Source of the DNA: Phoronis australis
Lineage: Eukaryota; Animalia; Phoronida
DNA length: 64,000 nucleotides
NCBI GenBank assembly: GCA_002633005.1
Contig: NMRA01000040.1
Coordinates: 389,362-453,361 of the forward strand
Direction of reading: 5' to 3'
Shown: positions 37,395-50,089 of the stretch, in pieces
How positions within the stretch are numbered: position 1 is the stretch's first letter
Layout: each line of letters starts with the position of its first letter
Program-made: the position numbers and the translations under genes
Notes under the pieces: generated by a model
Database searches by the model: none
Told to the model about the DNA's origin: nothing
The model's input: the letters and a program-made list of their open reading frames with translations, nothing else

Positions 37395-37695
37395 NNNNNN
37401 NNNNNNNNNNNNNNNNNNNNNNNNNNNNNNNNNNNNNNNNNNNNNNNNNNNNNNNNNNNNNNNNNNNNNNNNNNNNNNNNNNNNNNNNNNNNNNNNNNNN
37501 NNNNNNNNNNNNNNNNNNNNNNNNNNNNNNNNNNNNNNNNNNNNNNNNNNNNNNNNNNNNNNNNNNNNNNNNNNNNNNNNNNNNNNNNNNNNNNNNNNNN
37601 NNNNNNNNNNNNNNNNNNNNNNNNNNNNNNNNNNNNNNNNNNNNNNNNNNNNNNNNNNNNNNNNNNNNNNNNNNNNNNNNNNNNNNNNNNNNNNN
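37395..37695. other. Assembly gap (N run)
   Basis: 301 N. Confidence 1.
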
Positions 37696-38628
37696 ACACA
37701 TATTTCTGAGGCAGTCTCAATCATATTATTTATTGATTTTAAGTTTGATTTCGGTTAACAATGGTGTGATAGTTTGGACAAGTACAATTTGACGGGTACG
37801 ATTACACTCACTCGCCGCAAATCAAAGGCATATTGCAGGGAAATTCCCATTACGACTTGTTGTTCATAACTCCAGATTGAATTACTCCAGCTGGCATTGT
37901 CCCAACTATCCAACAGCCACTTTTGCAGTCTATTACGGATGGATCTGTGATGTCATGAGAGGTCCTCAGTCGCAATTTTTGAATGAAAATGTTCACATCA
38001 CTTCTAAAAATACACTTGTGGTTGTGTCCGGTGTTAACCCCTTACTCACCTTCTCTTAACCCGCCTATGTTGGTCAAAGATTTATGCGATAGCGACTTTT
38101 CGTTCCAAATGTCCCGGGATAAACAGTTGTTTGATGTCTTGTGACAGATAAGGAGTCCATATAAATATCGAAGCGACAAGAGGAGGTCACATTATCAGAG
38201 ATAGCGAGCTCAGCAACTCTCTTTCCGTAAGTTTTTTTTAATAATAGTCTTCTACCATCTGTGCTTTCTTTCAAAACGTATCGCCAATTTAATACAATTC
38301 AGACCTAAAAATATAATAAGTAGTTTCTTGTCTAGCTTTGGATATAGAAGAAACAAATGTACCTCTAATTAAGATTTCGTCTTCATCTTAAAATATCTAA
38401 TTAACAAAAAGTCCATCTTCCATAAAATTAAGTTTTGAGATTTATTGTGACGGCTTTCAATGTCACGTTATGATCTATTGCCAGATATCGTACACAGTGT
38501 GACACCGTCTTTGGAAATAGATCAAGTAAGATTTCGCAAGAAAGCCGAAAAGCGAATTTCCGATGACGCATTCAGTTAAGCACTGTATTCATCAACGTGT
38601 CTTTTTTCAGTTGCAACCCTGCCATACC

Positions 38629-38764
38629 ATGGACACGGCGTCGTTCAGACAGGACCACGCAGCTACTTATGGTATCACCAAGAACTTCCTTGAAAAGGTT
38701 CTGCAGACGTCAGACAATGACATTACAGTAAATAAGTTTGAAGTGGTTCCCGCTACCGAAAAAG
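38629..38764 (+). CDS. EcKL / CHK-kinase-like gene, coding exon 1
   Basis: Acceptor ttttttcag at 38610 (implying an upstream UTR exon), ATG at 38629, donor AAG|GTAACG. The phase-1 join to 39625 rebuilds the family motif EKGDNFAS. Confidence 0.85.
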
Positions 38765-39624
38765 GTAACGTACTATCACCTCTTTGATTTAAAGATACTC
38801 TTCATTTAACTTCACCAATTTAGAATAAAGCATGAATTTTGTTAGTCGAAAGATATCGCTAAAATGAAAACATTTCCTAAATTTCGACAATTTATGTTTG
38901 TCTTATTTTACTGGTAAATTTTTAAAGTTTATTTAGCAAAGAGGCAGGTTTCGGAGGAAACCTCATTACATGTGACGGTAGTTGACTGAGTACCCATAAT
39001 GCACGATTGTGGGCTTAAGTATCGACAGAACAATTAACGTGCGTTCGATTTCGTTTCATGAAGTTTTTAAGTAAAATTAAGTTGAAAGAGCATCGTTAAC
39101 AATTTTCTCAAAGGTTTTGGGAGAAACATCCGTCTCTGTTATTACCGTATGTAAAAATGCAAATCCCTAGTTATTTTGTATTATAGAGATGTTTTCTACG
39201 TTAACTACTCTAATTTCCATGGCGTGTAACTACGTACTATCCATGGAACATAAACATCGGCATCCTGGTTCTACATTCACTTTCATTGAGCAAATACAAA
39301 TGCTCTGCACAGACTGTGCTCAGTAGCGATTAGGACACTGTTTCCTTAATGGAATTGAATGCAAAAATTCGATGGGGACCTATTGCTGGGCCATTCACGT
39401 CATATTATATCGTCTCATGGATAGAACATACACGCAGAGAGAACATTGATTGACATGGAAATTCAGTTAGAAAACCAGGGTCTTCATCTTAATAAACGTA
39501 ACTTTGCAAAGATTTGCGTTCCACTTTAAACATGTTAAGAACTGTGTTAGCGTTATTGTTCTTAGGCCTACTGTTCAATGCTGAGAAAAGTTTTGTCTAA
39601 CGTCTATTCTATTGCATATTTTAG

Positions 39625-40823
39625 GCGATAACTTTGCCAGTGTCGCGCTTGCGTGCAAGGTTCACTGCACAGAAAGAAACAAGAACAGTAGAGTATGCAG
39701 CCTCATTATCAAAACTGCGCTCCGCAATGAGCATAACAAAACAATTATGAACAACTTGTGTGTTTTTCAAAAGGAAGCTTCCATGTTCAACATCGTTTTT
39801 CCAACCATGCGTCAGGTACAGGTAGAACAAGGAATAGGTCCCATTATGCCCTCTGTACCGCGTCATTACTTCAGCGTAGCAGACGACGAGGGTGGATACG
39901 TTGTATTGGCAGACGAAAGACTGAAGAAATTCAAGATGGCGAACAAATTAAGGGGCTTGGACGTCGACCATTGCCGCTTGGTACTAATAGAACTGGCAAA
40001 ATTTCACTCCATCAGTTTTTTCATCAAAGAACATAGCCAACTTGAAGGATTGAAATCTATGTTTCCCGAAATCATTTTTAGAGATACCATCTATGACCGC
40101 AATAATTCATCCGTAGACAAGATGAGAGAATTCCTTTCCGTCTCAATAAGTAAAAGTTGTCAAATTGTTTTGGACAGTCAGACAGATGAGAATGTTAAAA
40201 GATTTGCGAAGTTTCTGAAAGAAGTTGACCTCCTTCCATTACTGAATAATATCTTAAAGCCTGAAGAACCGATGGCAGCCATTTGTCACGGAGACTGTTG
40301 GGTGAACAACTTGCTCTTCAAATACGACGAACAAAACACGCCAGTCGACATCAAATTATTAGACTTCCAAATGGTTCGATATTCTTCACCTGCAACGGAC
40401 CTAGTGTATTTTATTTGTAGCAGCACCACACAGAAACTGAGAACAAAACATCTACAAGATTTACTCGAACTCTATCACTCAGCCATGATGAGCAGTCTTC
40501 AGGAGATGAGAGTACCGCTGCCCGAATACACAGTTGAAGACCTTAAAACCCAGTACAAGAGGGCGCTATTGTTGGGTTTAGTTTCCGCTTGCTTCATTAT
40601 TCCTTTGGTTCTAGGAAATGTCGAGCACCTTGAAGACCGTGAAGCAAATTTCAAAACAGAAGAAGAAATGGGCGAACACATGGAAACATTGGACAATTTA
40701 ATCGCTAAGATTAGCGACAACAGTAAAGTTCATCAAAGAATCGTAGGATTATTTGAAGATTTTGTTGCAATTAAGGGCCTAAATGCAGTGGAAACGTTCA
40801 CCACCGCAATGATTATGCAGTAG
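39625..40823 (+). CDS. Ecdysteroid kinase-like (EcKL, DUF227 / CHK kinase-like) protein, coding exon 2; 444 aa in total
   Basis: Open frame with SLIIK, F.KE..MF, LAKFH, Brenner-type CHGDCWVNNLLFKY and LLDFQMVRYSSPATDLVYF motifs. Acceptor ttttag at 39624, TAG at 40821-40823. Confidence 0.93.
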
Positions 40824-42387
40824 AATGAAGAACCTAGTCACGATACACAGTCAACTCAGGAAAATTCTCTTCCACATGAAACGTGTGGCACTTTCAAAAA
40901 CCCAGACCAACTCAATACCAGTACAATCGTGAAAATTGGCACACAGGGGAATACCACTGAACTCCCTACCCACACCATCGATGTAATGCATGTATATCAA
41001 AGGTCTACCATGGATTTCCCAAAGAGCTTTTGTACGGAAGCAATGGCCGAAAAAATACCCCATTTTCGAGGGAGGGTCTCTCGGATTGTTTTTCACTTCT
41101 GGGAATGGTAAAGGTATATTCAATGTGACAAATATTATTCTTGTCTCAATTTTGGTCCTTAACGGACCGATAAAATATTTCAATTTTATCGACGACTTGT
41201 CATCCAACGGACTCGGGAGGCGTCACCAGACTATTTTTATAATAGCCAAACTGCCCAAAATGAAACCTGACTTGTATTTTTAAGCCATGACTGGTGTTTC
41301 TTGAACTCTCCGTGACAGCTCAGGTAACACGACAAACTAGACACTGGTGGTATTCAGACGTCATTCAGCAGGACACCGACGAAGAAGATACCGGTGATGG
41401 TTGAGAGTTCATCACGGCGACCACGAGCTCGATGACATAGAAACTGGCGTAAAGCCTGACAAAACAATGTCGTATACTTATTAAGCGTGCGTGTATTTTG
41501 CAATAAATGCTTGGTGTCGAAACAATCTTTTCGTTTTTATTCTGTTGATCCACGGTAAACCCTGCCAAAGATAAAATCTAGGTAGAAACAAATCACCGTC
41601 TCCTATGTCATCATCACAGAGTGGAATATTCTAATCAAGTGCACACACCCACTCCCTCTTACGGCACATTTAAAGCCCAATAAGGAGCGAGGGCGCTGTG
41701 CCGTGGTACGCAAGTTTCCGAAAGAGTCTCCTGGGAGCTTTTCGTGAACGCGTAATCACTTCGGGGAAAAAGAGACCGTTTCTCAATACATGTAAACTTC
41801 AGAATGGGCGACGCGTCCAACACTTCTATGGGAGAGTCTGTTCCGGACTGCCAACGAAGCTCACACAACTTGTATACCATGACAACGCCACTCCCGCTAA
41901 GCCAATACATCGTAAATGCACACACCAGAGAGAGGCACGCGTCATTACGACTCCTTCAGTGGGAGAGGGTTCCCTTTTAGTGATTATCTGAGCTCAAATT
42001 TTAAGTCGTAATAGTTTTTGGATCATTTGTAAATTGTAAATAACTCATCAGAATGTTCTCGTTCCATGTGCAAAATTCCTCGTCACAAGTGCTTCGCAAG
42101 CGTTTTGTTTCTGCGGAACGCAGTCCATTACTCTATGTTCCGTATCGTGAAACTATTTTAGTCTTAATTTGGACCAGATAAACAATGCTGTCATTCCATC
42201 CCACGTTGCGCTTGTTGAACAATGCTGTTGACGTCATGCCAACAATTAAACTTTCATGAAACGGAGCCCTGGTACCGGTACTAATTACAGTGGACGATTT
42301 TTTTTTGTTTTGCTCCCATTTCACAATTACCAAATAAAAGTTTAGTCATATCATTAGAACATCGCTGTCAGAAAATAAGGCCTGTTT

Positions 42388-42543
42388 AGTGCTGTAGTGG
42401 TAAAATTAGAAGTAAGTAGGCGCCCAAAGCCCACCGTATCACATTGAGCACTGAACGTAACTTACGGTGCTTAGGCGCTACGTTCATATGCCAAAAGGTG
42501 GTTGGCTGCGCCTACGTGCGCCTACGCCCCACTACAGCACTAG
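42388..42543. mobile_element. About 155-bp MITE
   Basis: TIRs tagtgctgtagtgg ... ccactacagcacta. Confidence 0.7.
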
Positions 42544-43399
42544 GTCTGTTTATCAGGGAGTGTGACCTTAAGGCCCTACTGCCTGTGGAAGAGCAAATAT
42601 CGCAGTAGCGATTGCTTCACGGCAATAAAACGCTGGCTAAAATAAATTGATATATCGTGGACAAAATATTTGATTCCTAATTGCATGTATATAGTTCTAT
42701 GTATACTACTTTCATCTATGTAATGTCTGCAACCCAGATATAATGCTTCGCGATTTCTGGGTTGTCATTATTTTTGTTTCTGTATTCTTCAATGAATATA
42801 TATCACCTTAAAAAGTGGTGATTTTCTATTTGAGCTCTTAAATTGAATGTTTCGTAAAAAAATAAGTTACTAAAATAAATGAATTGGTTTCGGTTCTCTC
42901 TTGCTCGTTGATGAATGGTGTTAGTAACTCTTTGAATCGTCGAAGATAATTGGTTTTCACAAATATAATGACATCTTGATAACGGACAAAAGAGCCAGGT
43001 TGATGTCTGGACTAGCCTCAATTTAAACCGCTGTTTTTGTACACTGGGTAACATTGAATCCAAACTCAGAAATATTAAGGAGAAGAAGACATTAGCGGAT
43101 CGTTTTAGATAGAAATTTTCGTGTCTAAAACGATATGCAAGGAGAAAAAGTTCATCGAAACAGGCTCGTTTGTATATGTCCTCCAATCCAACACCACTAT
43201 GCGTTACGTTCTGGGGATTGGTGTATTTTTAGCTGTATATCAGATCTTTCAGTTGTACTGCGAACACTACAAATAGAACTATAAAAGGAAGTGGAATGTG
43301 ATATTTCAATTTAATAATTTATTATTGGAGAAAAAATAATAAGTTACGTTATTCAAACAATTGTTGATGCCACAGCTCGATACGCTGTTCAGTCCTGTC

Positions 43400-45600
43400 T
43401 TTATAATGCGGTGGAGATGGAGAACGTTTCTAATGAAGCCAGTATGGACTCAACAAGTTACTACCTCGTAGAGATGTTGGCCTTATTCAAGTAGCTTCTC
43501 TCCTGCTGAGATGATCCCTTGTATTGCTTACCTAATATAGTCATTCACTTATAACTTTTTTCTATAGCAGACCTATTCCCCACACTGTGTATCTGCTCTA
43601 TATATAGTACAGAGGTCAGTTGTTTCATGTTTGCCAGCGATAAATGAAGCACATTTTGGAGTACGGAGTATTCATGTATCTAACCTGAATTTAAGTTTAA
43701 TCTTGTATTTTAACATCGTCATCATGTCTCCCGGAACCCTACTTCATCTGTATGACTCATTGTCAAAAGGTTTATCCTGAGAATTGAGGAATGCAGACGG
43801 AAAATCATGAATACTTATCGTCGTGTCGACACTTGCATTGGAGAGGAGATTCTGCCGATTTATACTAAATAAAGATATTCAATATGTACATGATGACCAA
43901 CTCTTTGTAGAAGTCTTAATGGCGGAGTAAAAGTATTGCTTATTCAGGAAGGAAGATGGTTGATATAGCATCTATACTATGAGAATGAAACTTTATTTAC
44001 TTCTTGAAAATCTATAATAAACAATATATATATAGTAACACATCACACTCTGAAATTCTTGACTCAAAAATGAAGAATTGATGAACTTGAGAAACCAAAA
44101 ATAAGAGGTTCAACGATTGGTTCCAGAGCTCAATGGATCGAAAATGGGGAACACCCGTAAAAGTACATCTGCAAATTAGAGTCGGGATATTTTTACAATA
44201 AAGCGATGTGTGAAGTTGAACGAGAAAATCTTGAAATGTAAATAGTTTTTATGAAGAAAAAAATACATTCCAAAAATACCATTTTTGATGACTGAATTAC
44301 ATTAAAATCATTCCACAACTGGTCCATGGATTGTGAAATAAACAAAGCATTTTAAAGTTAGACGAACCTAGGACCAATATCATACTCCCAGGACGAACTA
44401 CATTTAAAAACTGCCAGATATATTCAAAAAAAACTGTTCCTACCAGTGGACTTAAAAACGAATTGGATAGCTGATCTTAAAATTTTTGTAAAATGTGCTA
44501 GATTTTTTTCAGTTTCCAAAGTTCTATTAAATAATAGATCTCTACCTCTTATAACAGTCGTACTACATAGATAGTACTAGAGTGTTTTTATCTGAACATT
44601 TTAATCTGAAAAGGGGATGGAGATGATTCATCTATATTAGGTGCTGATGTACCGAGTTTTGTTAAGTGATAAATCGATTAGGGGGGTCAAGAGATTACTG
44701 GTAAACAACTCAACTGGTCAAAGGTTTTTGAGGCTGGGACAAGATCATGCATTGATAAAGTAATTGTTTATGAAGAGGGTAACTTTAAATCTCTCAGAAT
44801 TGTACAAAGTGTGTACAACTGAATTTGGATGTAGTATCAATGGGTAGCAGGACAACAAAATTAAAGTTGGATGTCATTCTGGGCATCACGAACAGTATGA
44901 CATCACAGGTATTCATTATATAAATGATTAAGTGGATCAACAGCGGAACTTGAGCTTGGTTGATTTATATACAAACTATAGAATAAAGTCCAATATTTAG
45001 AATGACATTCTTTGCCTGTAGCAGTTAGGAAACTGAGCAGACATTCTTTCTCAGTTACCATTATTCACAAGTCAGTTGGGCGGCTATGGTTCCATTCTTT
45101 GTGAGTAGTTTGTTAAATGATTATTCAGGTAGCATGAATATTTATAATAACACATGTCAAAGTGGTAATTATCCTACAACTCAAGTAAAATTCACTGACA
45201 AGGGGTTTCCCACAAAAAAAACATAAACAAATTTACACACAATGGACACTTCGCGTGGTTGGTTACAATATAGGACTTTACATAGAATGTTAGTCACAAA
45301 TTCATTTCTTTTAAAAATAATAATTATGGATTTTCATACATGTACTTTTTGCCATCCTGAAGTAGAAAGATTTGAATTTATTTTTATGACTACCGAAGAA
45401 TTTTAAGATGAACTTTGTAAATGGTTGCTGGACATGAAAAAATGTTCACTTGGCTTTGAGAAAGAAACAGTTTTATTTGGAATACTGTTTTGTTTACTAA
45501 CAACAACAAAGTGAACTCGTTATTTTACAATGTAAGGGTATATTCATGGAAACTGAAACCAAATTTTGTGACATTCCTGGTAATTCTAGAATAATAATTT
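43400..45600 (+). mobile_element. Decayed L1/Tx1-clade retrotransposon ORF2 (partial second copy at about 47301-48560)
   Basis: DDQLFVEVLMAE; KIRGSTIGSRAQWIENGEHP*KYICKLESGYFYNK (Tx1 RSRA.W.E.GEK.TKYF motif); LSEHFNLKRG; EKETVLFG. Many stops. Confidence 0.75.
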
Positions 45601-48600
45601 CTAGCCACTGATATCAGTGGAAACAGAGCTTAAAGAGTTTTGTTCAGCAATATTTACACCAGAATTGACTTTATATTTATATTTATATTTATATTAGGTG
45701 TGAGTCAGGTAAACCTTAAAGACGGGAATTACATAGTCTGCTCGAGATTTAATGAGTCTATGAACCAATTTACGCTTTGTGAGATATGTTATGCATTGTC
45801 ACAGACACTCCATGTCAATGTGCATGACAAGCAAAGCACAGTACTAGCGTTATGAGAACAGCAATGCAGGGATTTATTTCTAAGGGCAGGATCCTTTTCA
45901 CACTTCAAGAGAATCTCGAGTTCCCCGCTATAGGGTCCAATTCCATGTGAGCGAGTCATTGATTTCAAAGTACTAAAAACAATAGCAATAGCCTTCGAGA
46001 AACATAACTTGCAAGAACTTTTAATTAATGCATCACAGCTTAACAAAAACCACAAATAACTTTCAAAAACAAAAAAAAATTGATGATGTGTTGTGTACAT
46101 CCTTGATTTCGATTCCCAGTTGGGGTTCCTGATTTTTCTGTGTTTACTGGTACTTGATATATTTCACTATTGGCCAACCTCAGCATGTATATATTTACTA
46201 TACCCTTGAGTTCACTTTGCCTGGGGTTTACTCCACAAAGCAACTGCCCCATCATAGATATAGATAACAGTAAAACACTTTAAGCCAACATCGTTGTATT
46301 AATTCCTGATCTTTGTACATACAATTGCTCCTTGTCAATGACAAAACAAAAAAGATTATAAAAGTGAGCAAAAAGCACAATGTGCAAAGAATGAATAATA
46401 GTGGGATGTGTTAACAATTTGAATATGGAGATACAGGATAGAGTGACATCTGGCGGCAATCACGAAAACTTTCAGTGAACATTCTTAGACTAGAAAATGA
46501 AGTGACTAATAGTTTGGAGTACATAACTGTTTAACAAATTTTTGCACATAACCCCACCATGAAATCCTTTCACTTTTCAACTAGTGACCAAAATACACTC
46601 AGCACAACATAGACTAATTAACTGCCTTAGAATAACGAATATAATACTATGCTATGATAAAAGTTCTACAGTTTGGGAAATTCTCTAAAATTGGAGACAC
46701 CAAACTTCGAGCCAAAATAGAATTTTGATTCTGAAGACTGGAACATGAGCAATGTTAGCACTCATTGCGTTTCTCAAATATCGGACACTGGGTTNCAGGA
46801 AAAATGGGTCAGCACGTGACCACAACTGGGTTAAAACGACAGCACAGCTACCGTCTGCTACGCAGGTGAACATGTTCAACGTCTGCGAAGTATAGTGAAA
46901 TAATGAGCATAATTCGCAATAATCGGTCTCACCTGAGGCGCCATATTATGTAGCAAACTTTCTATGCAAGCGTTCGGAGTTTGACCACACTCTACATTTT
47001 CGAAACTATTTGTTAATTAGAGTGCGCAGAGTACGCACTTGGTGGCGATAAAGTTCTTTTCAAAGTGTTAGGCGATCCCAGTATGTGGCTTAGTACGTGT
47101 GGTGACTCAGATCATAAGGTAAGATTAACCGCCCAGGGCGGTTGCCTGTCGTAATAAGCGCCCATGTTCAGTTAACCGCCCCCCCCCGATTTCTTGAAAT
47201 TTCACGTTTAAGCGCCCATGTCTGGTTAACCGCCCACCCCCGATTTTTTGGGTTCGCCAATTTAACCGCCCAGGGCGTTAACCCGAACGATTACGGTACT
47301 ATTTTTGATGACTGGATTACATTAAAATCATTCCACAACTGGTCCATGGATTGTGAAATAAACAGAGCATTTTAAAGTTAGACGAACTACATTTAAAAAC
47401 TGTCAGATATATTAAAAAAAAAAAATATTCCTACCAGTGGACTTAAAAACGAATTGGATAGCTGATCTTAGAATTTTTGTAAAATGTGCTAGATTTTTTT
47501 CAGTTTCCAAAGTTCTATTAAATAATAGATCTCTACCTCTTATAACAGTCGTACTTCATAGATAGTACTAGAGTGTTTTTATCTGAACATTTTAATCTGA
47601 AAAGGGGATGGAGATGATTCATCTATATTAGGTGCTGATGTACCGAGTTTTGTTAAGTGATAAATCGATTAGGGGGATCATGAGATTACTGGTAAACAAC
47701 TCAACTGGTCAAAGGTTTTTGAGGCCAGGACAAGATCATGCATTGATAAAGTAATTGTTTATGAAGAGGGTAACTTTAAATCTCTCAGAGTTATACAAAA
47801 TGTGTACAACTGAATTTGGATGTAGTATCAATAAGTAGCAGGAGAACAAAATTAAAGTTGAAGTCATTCTGAGCATCATGAACACTATGACATCACATGT
47901 ATTCATTATATAAATGATTAACTGGATCAACAGCGGAACTTGAGCTTGGTTGATTTATATACAAACTATAGAATAAAGTCCAATTTTTAGAATGACATTC
48001 TTTGCCTGTAGCAGTTAGGAAACTGAGCAGACGTTCTTTCACAGTTACCATTATTCACAAGTCAGTTGGGCGGCTATGGTTCTATTCTTTGTGAGTAGTT
48101 TGTTAAATGATTATTCAGGTAGCATGAATATTTATAATAACACCTGTCAAAGTGGTAATTATCCTACAACTCAAGTAAAATTCACTGACAAGGGGTTTCC
48201 CACAAAAAAACATAAACAAATTTACACACAATGGACACTTCGCGTGGTTGGTTACAATATAGGACTTAACATAGAATGTTAGTCACAAATTCATTTCTTT
48301 TAAAAATAATAATTATGGATTTTCATACATGTACTTTTTGCCATGGTGAAGTAGAAAGATTTGAACTTATTTTTATAACTACCGAAGAATTTTAAGATGA
48401 ACTTTGTAAATGGTTGCTGGACATGAAAAAATGTTCACTTGGCTTTGAGAAAGAAACAGTTTTATTTGGAATACTCTAGTTTACTGACAACAACAAAGTG
48501 AACTCGTTATTTTACAATGTAAGGGTATATTCATGGAAACTGAAACCAATTTTGTGACGCTCCTTGTAATTCTAGAATAAGGATTCAACAATTTCTAGCC

Positions 48601-49760
48601 ACCAATATCAGAGGTTAAAGATTTTTGTTCAGCAATATTTGCAAACCTACCACACTAGAATTGACTTCATATTTATTTTATATTAGGTGTGAGTCAGGTA
48701 AACCTTAAGGAAGGGAATTACATGGTTGGGGTGAGATTTGATGAGTCTATGAACCAATTTACGCTTTGTGAGATATGTTAATCATTGTCATAGACACTCG
48801 ATGTCTATGTGAATCACAAGCAAAGCACAGTACTAGCGTTTATGAGAACAGCAATGAAGGGATTCATTTCTAAGGGCAGGACCCTTTTCACACTTCAAGA
48901 GAATTTCGAGTTCCCCGCTATAGGGTCCAATTCCATGTGAGTCATTGATTTCAAAGTACTAAAAACGATAGCAATAGCCTTTGGGAAACATAACATACAA
49001 GAACTTTTAATTAATGCATCACAGCTTAACAAAAAAAAAACAAATAACTTTCAAAAACAAAAAATTGACTTGATGTGTCGTGTACATCCTTGATTTAGAT
49101 TCCCAGTTGGGGTTCCTGATTTTTCTGTGTTTACTGGTACTTGATATAATTCACTATTGGCCAACCTCAGCGTCTATTATTTACTATACCCTTGAATTCA
49201 CTTTGCCTGGGGTTTACTCCACAAAGCAACTGCCCCATCATAGATATAGATAACAGTGAAACACATTAAGCCAACATCGTTGTATTAATTCCTGATCTTT
49301 GAACATACAATTGTTCCTTGTCAATGACAAAATTAAAAAGTGAGCAAAAAGCACAATGTGCAAAGAATGAATAATAGCAGGATGTGTTAACAATTTGAAT
49401 ATGGAGATACAGGATAGAGTGACATCTGGTGGCAATCACGAAAACTTTCAGTGAACATTCTTAGACTAGAAAATGAAGTGACTAATAGTTTGGAATACAA
49501 AACTGTTTAACAAATCTTTGCACATAACCCCACCATGAAATCCTTTCACTTTTCAACTAGTGACCAAAATACACTTAGCACTAATTAACTGCCTAAGAAT
49601 AACGAATATAATAATGTGCTGTGATAAAAGTTCTACAGTTTGGGAAATTCTCTAAAATTGGAGACACCAAACTTTGAGCCAAAATAGAATTTTGATTCTG
49701 AAGACTGGAACATGAGTAACGTTAGCACTCATTGCATTTCTCAAATATCGGACACTGGGT
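44281..49760. repeat. About 2.5-kb near-identical direct duplication around a single n (probable haplotype artefact)
   Basis: 44281-46794 is repeated at 47301-49760 with scattered substitutions and indels; n at 46795. Confidence 0.9.
46796..47298. mobile_element. End of a TA-inserting (Tc1/mariner-pogo-like) non-autonomous element
   Basis: Subterminal repeats ttaaccgccc / taagcgccc and terminus ...cccgaacgattacggTA; absent from the other copy of the duplication. Confidence 0.6.
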
Positions 49761-50043
49761 TTTTTTATCAAAAAAGTTTGCAGACTTGGCACTTCGCCAA
49801 ATCGTCGAAAATTGCCACCGATGCAACGTTTCATGCGTCCATCCACATAGAGGGTAACATGGAGGTGGACGATTGTCGTAAAATATAATTCTTGAATTTG
49901 GGACAACCAATATTGCCTATTTCCAAAATCTGGTACAAACTCAGACCTTGAGCAAAATAATAATATTTCACTGCCCCAAACTCTAGAACTTTTACCGCAA
50001 TGCTAGGCAACTTTTAGTCCATGAAAAGACATAACTGCATTGT

Positions 50044-50089
50044 TTACTCCAATTCGGATATAGGTTGTCTCTTGACTCGTGAACATCCA
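50044..50089 (-). CDS. RAD50: RAD50 terminal coding exon
   Basis: Acceptor ctctttgtttcag; the phase-2 join gives [15 protein letters not shown], matching the RAD50 C-terminal strand pattern. Confidence 0.85.

Larger units (their letters stand above)
35887..39198. repeat. About 1.5-kb near-identical duplication flanking an N gap (probable two haplotypes)
   Basis: 35887-37394 is repeated at 37696-39198, with the gap at 37395-37695. Confidence 0.9.

Noticed and set aside
37363-37792. ORFs spanning the N run
   Set aside because: Gap artefacts.
40851-41991. Several overlapping 60-118 aa ORFs downstream of EcKL
   Set aside because: No motifs or splice support; probably 3' UTR or intergenic.
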